A DNA stretch of 55,407 nt, taken from the IMG/VR virus record IMGVR_UViG_2049941000_000602; one strand, 5' to 3'. Below the pieces are notes generated by a model. The model worked only from the letters and a program-made list of their open reading frames with translations. It was not told where the DNA came from and searched no databases. Origin of the DNA: an uncultured virus (IMG/VR IMGVR_UViG_2049941000_000602) (lineage: Duplodnaviria > Heunggongvirae > Uroviricota > Caudoviricetes). Positions 31,064 to 39,822 of the stretch are shown piece by piece (positions within the stretch are counted from its first letter, which is position 1; the number at the start of each line of letters is the position of its first letter). Both the position numbers and the translations under genes were made by a program.

Positions 31064-32238
31064 ATGATTGACGACCACATATTCGAAGGAATCACCGGTG
31101 AACTCAGGGCTGCCCTGGTTGCCGGGTACGGGGCACTGCTCGAGGGCCTGGGCGACGCCAGGATTGCATCGTTCCTCTTCAGGAACATCATGCCCGACAT
31201 ATACAGGAGCNNNNNNNNNNNNNNNNNNNNNNNNNNNNNNNNNNNNNNNNNNNNNNNNNNNNNGACACCCTGCACAGCATCCACGACATGGTGAACTCCA
31301 AGGACATGCGCGAGGTCACCGTGTACTCCTCCCAGGAAACCCCGGTAGGCGTCCCGCTGACCGTGAAGTTCACCCGTAGCAGCGGGCGGCCGAACTTCAA
31401 CATCCGGCACGGGGTCATCGAGATTCCAATCATGCAGGCGATATCCCACCCCCTGTACAAGGCTGTGAAGTCCGGCGTGCGCGGGAACCCGTACGTGCTG
31501 TCCAGGCCGATGCCGTACCACGTGTTCGTCGGCCAGCTCAACAAGGCATGGAACAGGGCCGGGTATTCGTACGACTCCGTCGGTATCAAGGAATCCATAA
31601 TGAGGGAACTCACCAAGTGGTACTCGGAGAACAGGAAGCCGGAGACAATCCGCACTTCCGCACCGGACATCGTCGGTGACCCGTCGGACTACGCGCTGAG
31701 CCACGCCTACCGTACCGCACGGATGGACCGCGGAGACGCGGAGAAGCTCGCGGAGGACCGCAAGTGGGCCACCCCGGAAGTCATGGAGAGGTACGGGGAA
31801 GTCTTTAGCACGCGCAAGGCGAACGCCCTGCTGGGACGGGAAGAGGACGAGGGGCTTACCGGGGATGACCTGGAATTCCTAGACGACGTCAAGGCACGCG
31901 CCGGCAAGTACAACGACGCCAGCCGCCTGGCCACTAACAGGGAGCTGCAGTCGAGAATTTCCGGGCTGATACCGTGGCTAGTCAGGCTACAGGCGGCGAA
32001 GGGCGAGCTGCCGCTGCGGCCCNNNNNNNNNNTGAACAGGGTGTTCGACCTTCCCGAGGACGGCCCCGGCATCGTCCGGGAGGAACGCGACGCGGCAAAG
32101 GCCCGCATACTCCCCGGCGCGTTCAGGAGCGCGGCAAGGNNNNNNNNNNACGACATGAGCATAGCCGACAGAATCGAGTGCCTCGCCTCCTACATGGAGA
32201 GGAACGCGTCGGAAAAGCAGGTTTCCAGGGAGCTATAG
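31064..32238 (+). CDS. Hypothetical protein, possibly virion-internal (gap-broken)
   Basis: IFEG..LVAGYGALLEG leader. Confidence 0.6.
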
Positions 32239-32314
32239 CGCCAGGAATCCGGCAAATGTAATAGTTTAGTGCACGGGAAGGGATAGACCCTTCCCGTTCT
32301 ACAAGGAGCTTAAA

Positions 32315-32680
32315 ATGAGTCGCTTGCTGCCGCAGATTTACACCGCACTTTACCTCAGCATATTCGTAGGTTTCATGAGGAGGATTATCGACAAGGTGGG
32401 CATGATGTTCGACGAGTGCGTACCCATCGTCAACGAGGACGACAACGACTGGTACGGGGTTCGACTCTTCCACCGCTACTTCATATACGGGAACATGAGC
32501 AAGGAAAGCGCCAGGAGCATGGCGATGACCATCTACAAGGACATCCCGGAACTCCGCGGGCATATCGAGGTAGTCCAGCACGAGGACCCCGACGAGGTGG
32601 CCCTCCCGGACATACCCGGCCTGAGCAAGGAGGCAATCGCCGACATCTACGAGATATGCGCCCAGCTGGAAGACGACTAG
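32315..32680 (+). CDS. Hypothetical protein with N-terminal anchor helix
   Basis: AAGGAG RBS; upstream hairpin at 32273..32297. Confidence 0.7.
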   Translation: MSRLLPQIYTALYLSIFVGFMRRIIDKVGMMFDECVPIVNEDDNDWYGVRLFHRYFIYGNMSKESARSMAMTIYKDIPELRGHIEVVQHEDPDEVALPDIPGLSKEAIADIYEICAQLEDD

Positions 32681-32723
32681 CACCGGCATTTTCGAAAAAA
32701 AAAAAAATAAAGANNNNNNNNNN

Positions 32724-33374
32724 AAGGTCGGCCTGGAGGTCGTCCATGTCCACGCTGACGATGGTACCGTCGTCCAGTTCGACATCGGCGGAGTATCCGT
32801 TCGGGTATACGTTGCCGTCCTTGAGGGTCACCAGGAGGTCACGGTATGTCCGGGACATCAGGCCGTTCTCGCGCAGCTTCATCCTGATTTCCTTGCCGGT
32901 TTCGTCCACCGTGCCGCGTACTATGCACAGAGGTTCCGACAGGGTCGCCCTCGCGATTTCCTGCTTGACGTAGGGCTGCAGGTTCTTGAAGAAGTAATCG
33001 GAGTTCGATGTCAGCATGTACGAGTCGATTTCATTCTTGATGTTGCCGAAGGAGTCGACGAACGTACTGTCGCAGTGCAGCTTCTCCGCATCGAGCATCG
33101 CCTTGGGAAGAACCGTGGAGAACAGGTAAAGCGACTTCTGCTTCTGGTAAGGAACAAGTCCAATTTCGTGCACGGGGGTACCTTCCGGAAGAACCAGGCC
33201 GGTCTCTTCCTTCAGTTCCCGCTTTGCAGCTTCGAGCTGGTTCTCGCCTTCCTCAAGGTGTCCCTTGGGAATGTCGTAGGACATTTCCGGGCCGTTCGGC
33301 CTGCCGGTAGGATGACAAGCAAGAACCGTTCNNNNNNNNNNAACGATAAATCCGCAGGATACAGCCTTAGCCAT
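32724..33374 (-). CDS. NUDIX hydrolase with C-terminal extension (3' end in a gap)
   Basis: SCG..H..DIPKGHLEEGENQLEAAKRELKEETGL Nudix box. Confidence 0.9.
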
Positions 33375-33765
33375 CGAGGAATCCCTCCGCTTCGCGCTTG
33401 GATTCCTCCATGCGGGCGAAGCCCTTCAGGACGCTGTCGAGCTCGTGGTGGCGTTCGAGGGTTACTTCCTTCGAGCATTCCTCCGGGATTTTCCCGGCGG
33501 TCTCGGCCATTTCCAGCATCGTCTTGCCGATGTTGGGCTCGCCAACGAAGCGGTTCATTTCTTTGCAGTGAAAGCCCGAATTTTCCGGGGTCAGGATGAC
33601 GGAGTGGTCGTATTGCATACCGGAACCGCCACGGATATCCAGCATGCGGTCAGCTTCCTNNNNNNNNNNACCCTTGACCTTGCTTACAATCTTGAAAATT
33701 GCAAGCGCGATGATTCCGAGGTATGTGGCGACATATAGCGCCTTAATGAACTTAAATGTCTTCAT
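33367..33765 (-). CDS. One or two hypothetical genes joined across a gap; N-terminal anchor helix
   Basis: AAAAGGAGT RBS, MKTFKFIKALYVATYLGIIAL start. Confidence 0.5.
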   Translation of the reverse strand: MKTFKFIKALYVATYLGIIALAIFKIVSKVKGXXXXEADRMLDIRGGSGMQYDHSVILTPENSGFHCKEMNRFVGEPNIGKTMLEMAETAGKIPEECSKEVTLERHHELDSVLKGFARMEESKREAEGFLDG

Positions 33766-34738
33766 TGTTGGACTCCTTTTTAAGTGTTTCCTGTGCACCC
33801 TTCAGGTTGTAGAGAGGTTCTGCATGGTCGAAGATTACCTGTTCGAAGTTGGCGATGTGGTCGAACCTCGGGAGGTCCGGGTATTCGGTCACGTTGCGCA
33901 TTACAGTGCATCCTTCGCCCACAATCTGGTCGATGACAACCTCGGGCGTACCCTGTTCCCTGAGCCAGGCCGGGTCTAGGGACACCATCTGCGGTACGCG
34001 GAATGCCGTCATTCCGTAGATGCAGCGGTGCGGCAAGGATTCCCAGACGATGCCCTTCTCTTCGAGCATGGCAATCTTGTCCCCGCTCTTCTTGCCTTCA
34101 AGCATCTTGTGCGAGTAGGCCGTACGGGCGACGGCGGAGATGGAATTCTTGATGGCGTCGCGCTGACGCCAGACAAGTACCTTGAGTACGTCCTCGCGGG
34201 TCACCCCGTAAGCCCTGGCGTCGAAGATGGCGGGCTTGGAGGTACGCGCCAGGTTATTCCTGCACAAGTACAGGTTGAACGCTGCCGTAGCCACAGATGC
34301 CGCGATGGAGTTGAGCTTGTGGCACTTGCCGCTGAACGGTATCTTTGCCGGGTCAATGACGACAGTAATCTCGTCCGACTGCGAGTAGACCACGATTGGC
34401 GAGAACTCGTTCAGGAGTGCCTCCATTGCCGCCTTCATTGCATTGATGATGTCGGCGGAGAATGCCTGCGACTTGCACTTGTACGGCTTGGTGAACGTGT
34501 GGAATGCACGTCCGTCCACGCGGATGATACAGTACTTGCCTTCCGGTATCACAACCCTGGGAACATCCAGGTCAGGCGCGGCCGTCCCGGTGGTATACGG
34601 GAGTTCCAGTCTCTTGCAGTATTCGCCGAGGGTTTCCCGGGGTTCTTCCTGGGGAGACACGGTGCTGTCCGGTGCCTTTATAGGCTGTTTCAGATGGTTT
34701 TCCGCCGCCACCATGTCATCGTATTCTACGTTAGTCAT
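33752..34738 (-). CDS. tRNA(His) guanylyltransferase Thg1-like protein
   Basis: IIRVDGRAFHTFT, YSQSDEIT, KLNSIAAS, FDAR and WRQRDAIKNSI motifs. Confidence 0.93.
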   Translation of the reverse strand: MTNVEYDDMVAAENHLKQPIKAPDSTVSPQEEPRETLGEYCKRLELPYTTGTAAPDLDVPRVVIPEGKYCIIRVDGRAFHTFTKPYKCKSQAFSADIINAMKAAMEALLNEFSPIVVYSQSDEITVVIDPAKIPFSGKCHKLNSIAASVATAAFNLYLCRNNLARTSKPAIFDARAYGVTREDVLKVLVWRQRDAIKNSISAVARTAYSHKMLEGKKSGDKIAMLEEKGIVWESLPHRCIYGMTAFRVPQMVSLDPAWLREQGTPEVVIDQIVGEGCTVMRNVTEYPDLPRFDHIANFEQVIFDHAEPLYNLKGAQETLKKESNNEDI

Positions 34739-35107
34739 TTTCCTACCTTCACGTTTCCGCAGGAACAGTCGATGTCCCCGCTGACACTGCCCTTGACGGT
34801 GATGGTGCCGCAGGCGCAGTCGATGTCGCCTCCCACGTCGCCGCCGACATCCACGTTGCCGGCGCTGGTGTCGACGTTTCCGCCCACGTTCCCGGTCACG
34901 GTCACGTCGCCTACGCCGTCGATGCTTCCGCCGCCTCCTNNNNNNNNNNCGGGGACCGTTGCAGTTCACTGTGGTGTCTCCCACGGTAACCTTGTCCCCG
35001 CAGATTGTGATGCTGTCGCCGGCGCTGATGTGCACGCCGTTCCCGTTTATAATCACGTTTCCGGCCTGCTTCACCTTCTTGATGACTGTCCTGATGTTGT
35101 TGAACAT
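34735..35107 (-). CDS. Gly/Val-rich beta-solenoid repeat protein
   Basis: Repeated GxVxGxV/ID units; TTGCTATATTTG at 35137..35148 (minus). Confidence 0.7.
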
Positions 35108-35136
35108 GCTTTCCTCGGGTTTGAAATCGTATGTAC

Positions 35137-35172
35137 CAAATATAGCAAAAATACGGGAAGACGGTATAAACT
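35137..35172. promoter_or_regulatory. Back-to-back TTGCTATATTTG (-) and TATAAACT (+) motifs
   Basis: Divergent intergenic region; ATG 35180 is 7 nt after TATAAACT. Confidence 0.7.
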
Positions 35173-35179
35173 CCTGGAT

Positions 35180-35794
35180 ATGAACGCGATATCGGAATGT
35201 GTAAAGGGAATGGGGGAACCGCTGGCCAGGGTGCTCGTGGAGGGCTACGAGGCCATTCTCGAGTCCAAGGTCAACCAGGCGCTTACCCCGCTGTACAACT
35301 TCTGCCTCAAGTCGGGGGACTGGACCCAGTGCCCGCCGGGGAAGCACGAGGTGAAGCTGGAGCTGGCCACGAGCGGAGCAATCCGCGACTACGTCGCCAA
35401 CAAGTACCCGCAAGGCTACGAGCCGCGCGACGCCATGCTCAGGAAAATCGGGTTCTCCACGTCGGTCAACAGCGACCGGCGTAACTTCGTGAACAAGGTG
35501 AGGGAAATCCGGTGCGCTTACTGCATGGCATGCGACGCCGAGTACGAACTTGCCGGGCACGACACGTCGAAGATGAAGTGGCCGGGACGGCTGCAGAAGT
35601 TCATGGACGCCTTCTGCGACGGGAGGGTCGGGTGGACACCCGGCGAGACCAAGAAGGAAGTGTCCGACGTGCAGTCGCCGTACCCGGAAAAGGACGCCGA
35701 ACCGGCGAAGCTGTCCGGCGTGAACGCCGGCGTGGACACTACCGGGTGGGATTCCTGGAAGCGGTATAGCAAGGAAAAGAAGGAGAGACACTAA
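35180..35794 (+). CDS. Hypothetical protein, possibly virion-internal
   Basis: LVEGYEAILES leader. Confidence 0.7.
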   Translation: MNAISECVKGMGEPLARVLVEGYEAILESKVNQALTPLYNFCLKSGDWTQCPPGKHEVKLELATSGAIRDYVANKYPQGYEPRDAMLRKIGFSTSVNSDRRNFVNKVREIRCAYCMACDAEYELAGHDTSKMKWPGRLQKFMDAFCDGRVGWTPGETKKEVSDVQSPYPEKDAEPAKLSGVNAGVDTTGWDSWKRYSKEKKERH

Positions 35795-36370
35795 TGATGA
35801 ATGACCTGTACGCGATACTGGAATCGGTCGAGGGGATGCGCCCGGAATGCGCCGGGGCTCTCATAGAGGGATATGCGGCCATCTCCGGCAATCCAATGAT
35901 GGAGAGCATCTTCTCCAATTTCGGCAGTAAGCTGGCAAAGTCCCTCGTGACTGCGGCTATGGTCATGGGCCTATTGTCCACAGGTGCCTCGGCTGCAGAG
36001 AAGTCAAAGGCTCCCGCTGTCAACAAGGGAAAAGCNNNNNNNNNNNNNNNNNNNNNNNNNNNNNNNNNNNNNNNNNNNNNNNNNNNNNNNNNNNNNNNNN
36101 NNNNNNNNNNNNNNNNNNNNNNNNNNNNNNNNNNNNNNNNNNNNNNNNNNNNNNNNNNNNNNNNNNNNNNNNNNNNNNNNNNNNNNNNNNNNNNNNNNNN
36201 NNNNNNNNNNNNNNNNNAACGTTTACCTGAGCGATGCCTACAACAAGAGGGTGTATGACATCCTTCTCCAGATGACTAAGGACAATCCCAACGGGAATGA
36301 ACAGCGCATGTACACGAAGGCATGCCAGAAGGCCCTGCAGGAAGTCCTTGACGGCAAGCTGAAACTCTAG
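35794..36370 (+). CDS. Hypothetical protein with the same leader followed by a signal/TM-like segment (gap-broken)
   Basis: AILES..LIEGYAAI..MMES then LVTAAMVMGLLSTGASA. Confidence 0.6.
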
Positions 36371-36382
36371 TGGTTGCCGGAA

Positions 36383-36418
36383 TTGCTATATTTGAGGGGG
36401 GATGAATCCCCCCTTTTT
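36383..36418 (+). promoter_or_regulatory. TTGCTATATTTG directly followed by hairpin AGGGGGGA-TGAA-TCCCCCCT and a T-run
   Basis: Direct reading; ATG at 36421. Confidence 0.7.
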
Positions 36419-36420
36419 CT

Positions 36421-36977
36421 ATGAATACAGCTTTCAACAGAGTTCTCATATCCATATACAGGGCCTGCTATGTCCTGCTCGCATTGCAGTTTACCGGGCG
36501 CGTGTACCATAAGCTGTTCCCAAAACTCGATTACGATTATGACCATGCAAAGATGTACATACTCGCATATTATCCGGAGGACGGCCAGGGGCTGCTCGTG
36601 TTCAAGAGCACGACGATTTGCCCGGAAATGCTGGCCTGGTTCAGGGAGTTCCGAAACAGCCTGCAGTCCATGCTGCGACGCGGTAAGGTCAAGCTGGTAA
36701 CCGAGGCGGTACCGTTGGGCGAAGTGCAGCTGGGGACGGACGCGATGGTGGTAGTGGGCAAGATTAGGGCTGACCTCGCCCGTCAANNNNNNNNNNACTG
36801 GTAACCGAGGCGGTACCGTTGGGCGAAGTACAGCTTGGTGCGGACGCGATGGTGGTAGTGGGCAAGATTAGGGCTGACCTCGCCCGTCAATATACCTCGG
36901 ATGACCTGGCCAGATTGCTGACGGAGAGCTCGGTTTCCTATACCAAAATCCAGGAACAGTACGCCAGTGCCAAATAA
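36421..36977 (+). CDS. Hypothetical protein with N-terminal anchor helix
   Basis: IYRACYVLLALQFTGRVYHK; duplicate allele segment across a gap. Confidence 0.65.
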
Positions 36978-36979
36978 CT

Positions 36980-36991
36980 TTGCTATATTTA
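36980..36991 (+). promoter_or_regulatory. TTGCTATATTTA motif
   Basis: 6 nt before ATG 36998. Confidence 0.65.
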
Positions 36992-36997
36992 CTGAAA

Positions 36998-37087
36998 ATG
37001 AAGTGGCAACTCAAGACATTCATAGCGTGCTTCGTACTGCAGAAACTGCTGTGCATGCTGGTACGCCATAGCCCTAGGAGAAGATGA
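36998..37087 (+). CDS. 29-aa hydrophobic leader peptide (not in the ORF track)
   Basis: MKWQLKTFIACFVLQKLLCMLVRHSPRRR; ATGA-coupled to the next gene. Confidence 0.45.
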   Translation: MKWQLKTFIACFVLQKLLCMLVRHSPRRR

Positions 37088-37596
37088 TGCCCGATATCAA
37101 GGTAGCATACAGCACGCAGCTGTCCGAAATCCGGGTAGGCTACAAGGTCGATGACGGCTACGTAGAAACCCGCGGCGCTTACCTGGAAATCGCACGGGGC
37201 GATGACGGGAAGTCTATCATAGGCGCGTATGTTGCATACCAGGACAAATGCTCCGTACTCTTCAAGACCCCGGCGCTGCATTATGTAGGAACAACCGTCA
37301 AGCATTACAGTGACGTGAAGAAAACCGGCCAGCACGCCTGTATCTGCAAGGACGAACGCATGCTGCTGGTATCACTGTACAAGTGGCTCAACAGGAACAA
37401 TATAGGTGTATCGCTCGGACGTAACATCAACGATGACGTCGACCTTATAAAGGAACGGATGCTGTATCACAAGATAGGCGACGTTAACGTGCCGGCATAC
37501 AACCAGAAGTGTAGAATTTACATGAACAGGCATAGCACAACAATGTTGGATTTTTCAGGATTAAACATAGTGAACGGTGGTACTCTAACCCTATAA
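37084..37596 (+). CDS. Hypothetical protein
   Basis: AGGAG RBS; intact ORF. Confidence 0.7.
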   Translation: MMPDIKVAYSTQLSEIRVGYKVDDGYVETRGAYLEIARGDDGKSIIGAYVAYQDKCSVLFKTPALHYVGTTVKHYSDVKKTGQHACICKDERMLLVSLYKWLNRNNIGVSLGRNINDDVDLIKERMLYHKIGDVNVPAYNQKCRIYMNRHSTTMLDFSGLNIVNGGTLTL

Positions 37597-37609
37597 CCCA
37601 GGAGATAAC

Positions 37610-37942
37610 ATGGAACTGCATCACAAGATAGTCGAGGTATTGAAGCAGGAATTTCCTGACCTGAAGGTACCGGAAATCCAGGAAGGCTTCGCCGTTGCCC
37701 TCACGGTCTCGGTCGAGCGCATGGTAGCGGAAGCGGGCGACCAGGTAAAGCGACTGCAATTCGAGTACTGTTCGGAAACCGGCAACTTCACCTATTTCCC
37801 GATAGCACCTGGCATGTCATCTGCGAAGGGTCATTCTACGACGGAGGCTGAATTCCAGCATCTGCTGCAGTGGGCCAAAAGCACGGGAACCGTCAACGTG
37901 AGGGCTTCCGTTCTTTTCTTCGGCAAACCGATAACAGTATAG
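37610..37942 (+). CDS. Hypothetical protein
   Basis: AGGAG RBS. Confidence 0.7.
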   Translation: MELHHKIVEVLKQEFPDLKVPEIQEGFAVALTVSVERMVAEAGDQVKRLQFEYCSETGNFTYFPIAPGMSSAKGHSTTEAEFQHLLQWAKSTGTVNVRASVLFFGKPITV

Positions 37943-37951
37943 GGAACAATC

Positions 37952-38425
37952 ATGGGTATTACAAGGAAAGATATCGATACTTACTTCAAACTCGGCAAGA
38001 AAATCAAGGAAGGTGTAATCCATCTGTCCCAGGTACTTGCCTGTCACGGGTTTGAAAAAGTACTTCCCGGGCATCTCATCGGAAGCAACTGGGATTGCTA
38101 TATATGTCCCGCCGGTAACGAGCCGGACGACATCAAGTTTCTGGACGAAATATACAATGACCCTACTCATGAGGCCATTGCTGCGGTTACCCCCGATGGC
38201 AATGGCGGCACCGATACCTGGGACGTGCCGTGCAAGCTTCTCGTGCTCGGTGACAAGGCCCTCCTGAAGAAAATCGATGAAATGAAGGAAGCGCAGCGTA
38301 TTGCCGAGGAGAAGGAAAGGAAGGCCAAGGAACGGCGTGACCGCAGGGAAGCCAAGAAATGCGAAAAAGCCGATTACCAGCTCTATCTCAAGCTAAAGGA
38401 AAAGTTCGAGGGAAAGACGAAATGA
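37952..38425 (+). CDS. Hypothetical protein with charged C-terminal helix
   Basis: Ends in YLKLKEKFE, a common phage tail motif. Confidence 0.7.
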   Translation: MGITRKDIDTYFKLGKKIKEGVIHLSQVLACHGFEKVLPGHLIGSNWDCYICPAGNEPDDIKFLDEIYNDPTHEAIAAVTPDGNGGTDTWDVPCKLLVLGDKALLKKIDEMKEAQRIAEEKERKAKERRDRREAKKCEKADYQLYLKLKEKFEGKTK

Positions 38426-38643
38426 GAAAGATTCTGCAGATTAACAAGGACGTCGTGTTCTGGAGCATCGTCATACTTTGGGGATGGTCTAACATAATCA
38501 CTCTGCTTGTATGGGGAAACGAATTCGTAATCTTCTCCGACACGGCATTCATCATGCTGTTCGGCCTGCTGATTATCGCGATGCGGGTGTTCCCCAAGTT
38601 CAACAAGTGGCTAAACAAGGATTTCTGGAAGGAAAGTAAATGA
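38422..38643 (+). CDS. Small two-TM membrane protein
   Basis: ATGA overlaps at both ends; hydrophobic. Confidence 0.65.
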   Translation: MRKILQINKDVVFWSIVILWGWSNIITLLVWGNEFVIFSDTAFIMLFGLLIIAMRVFPKFNKWLNKDFWKESK

Positions 38644-39446
38644 CTTACCATAGCGAAGAAATCATTACAAACTGGACCAGGGGCGACCTCCATGGCGAAT
38701 GGTCTCTCAGCAGACAGGATATCGAATGCATATTTGGCCCTGGTGACTGCGTGGACGGTTCGAAAATCCAGAAACTCGGACTTCTGTATGCCGGGAACGA
38801 CAGCATGCTCCCGCACATGATGTCCAACGAGGCGTTGAAGTACAACGCGGACTACCGTAACCGGCAGGTAGAAAAGATGCATTCGCTTCCCTGGGACGTG
38901 AACATGCTCGACGCTTTCCACAACTTGCACTTTACCCTGTACATGGCGGACATGCTGCCCGATTTCGTCCATACAATCGACGACGGGAAGCGGGTGTATC
39001 AGATGGACATCCCCGGAAGAACCATGTGGATTCTGCAGCTCGTAATGAAGGCGGCGACGGAATGCCTGCGCAACGATTACATCAAGGTATCCAGCAAAAC
39101 GGTTGACGCCGCATCTGACCACAGGATAACGCCGCTCGTTGCCGACGAACACTGGTCTGGACTGCAACTGCATGTCGTCGGCGACGCCGTGATGTCCGTG
39201 ATGGTCCGGTTTGAACCGTACATCAAAGCGAACGGGATTTTCGGATGTTCATATAAGGTTGACCTGGAGTGCGGTACATGGGACGGTCATGCGCGACCAT
39301 TTTCATGGGTCGATACCAGGCTGAAGAAGAACATGGTAGCCATGCGCGACTATATCAGGAAGGAACTTGCCAGGTTCTCCAAGTTGCTGTTCAACGCCGA
39401 ATTCAACCAGCCGGACAATGCACTCTTCAATCTGAACGCCAAGTAA
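38640..39446 (+). CDS. Hypothetical protein
   Basis: Intact 268-aa ORF. Confidence 0.75.
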   Translation: MTYHSEEIITNWTRGDLHGEWSLSRQDIECIFGPGDCVDGSKIQKLGLLYAGNDSMLPHMMSNEALKYNADYRNRQVEKMHSLPWDVNMLDAFHNLHFTLYMADMLPDFVHTIDDGKRVYQMDIPGRTMWILQLVMKAATECLRNDYIKVSSKTVDAASDHRITPLVADEHWSGLQLHVVGDAVMSVMVRFEPYIKANGIFGCSYKVDLECGTWDGHARPFSWVDTRLKKNMVAMRDYIRKELARFSKLLFNAEFNQPDNALFNLNAK

Positions 39447-39762
39447 AGGCAGTTGGCAACCGATATGGAAAAGCCGATATACACCCAGAAGCAAGTGCTC
39501 TACAAGGAACGCATGGAACGGGCCAGGATGACTGCCATGTTTTTCGATGTACTGTGCAATCACGAGATGCCTGTTTACAAGTTCAGCAGGTATTCCGTAC
39601 GGGGTGTTGCCCTCGTATTAGACGAAGCAATCCCTCTGGCACAGGTCGCTCATACCCCAGAAGAGTGGTGCCATATCTGGGAAACTGTATATGTTAAACT
39701 CAAAGCCTACAACAAAAGACTGCTGAGTTCAACCAGCCGGACAATGCACTCTTCAATCTGAA
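39402..39762 (+). repeat. 35-bp perfect direct repeat (39402..39436 and 39728..39762) flanking a small ORF
   Basis: TTCAACCAGCCGGACAATGCACTCTTCAATCTGAA twice, with no N gap between the copies. Confidence 0.9.
39465..39761 (+). CDS. Hypothetical protein inside the repeat-flanked cassette
   Basis: Its stop codon lies within the second repeat copy. Confidence 0.55.
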   Translation: MEKPIYTQKQVLYKERMERARMTAMFFDVLCNHEMPVYKFSRYSVRGVALVLDEAIPLAQVAHTPEEWCHIWETVYVKLKAYNKRLLSSTSRTMHSSI

Positions 39763-39793
39763 TGCAAGGTAGATTTAGGGTGTGAACAAAAGG

Positions 39794-39820
39794 AATCCCC
39801 GGGAGTTTCCCGGGGATTTT
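39794..39820. terminator. Bidirectional terminator-like hairpin
   Basis: AATCCCCGGGA-GTT-TCCCGGGGATT between convergent genes. Confidence 0.75.
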
Positions 39821-39822
39821 CG

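Noticed and set aside
32695..32713. Poly-A run
   Set aside because: Directly beside a gap, so its length is unreliable
33752..35794. 679-aa minus and 588-aa plus ORFs in the ORF track
   Set aside because: They run across a gap and a divergent promoter region; the real genes are Thg1, 34735..35107 and 35180..35794
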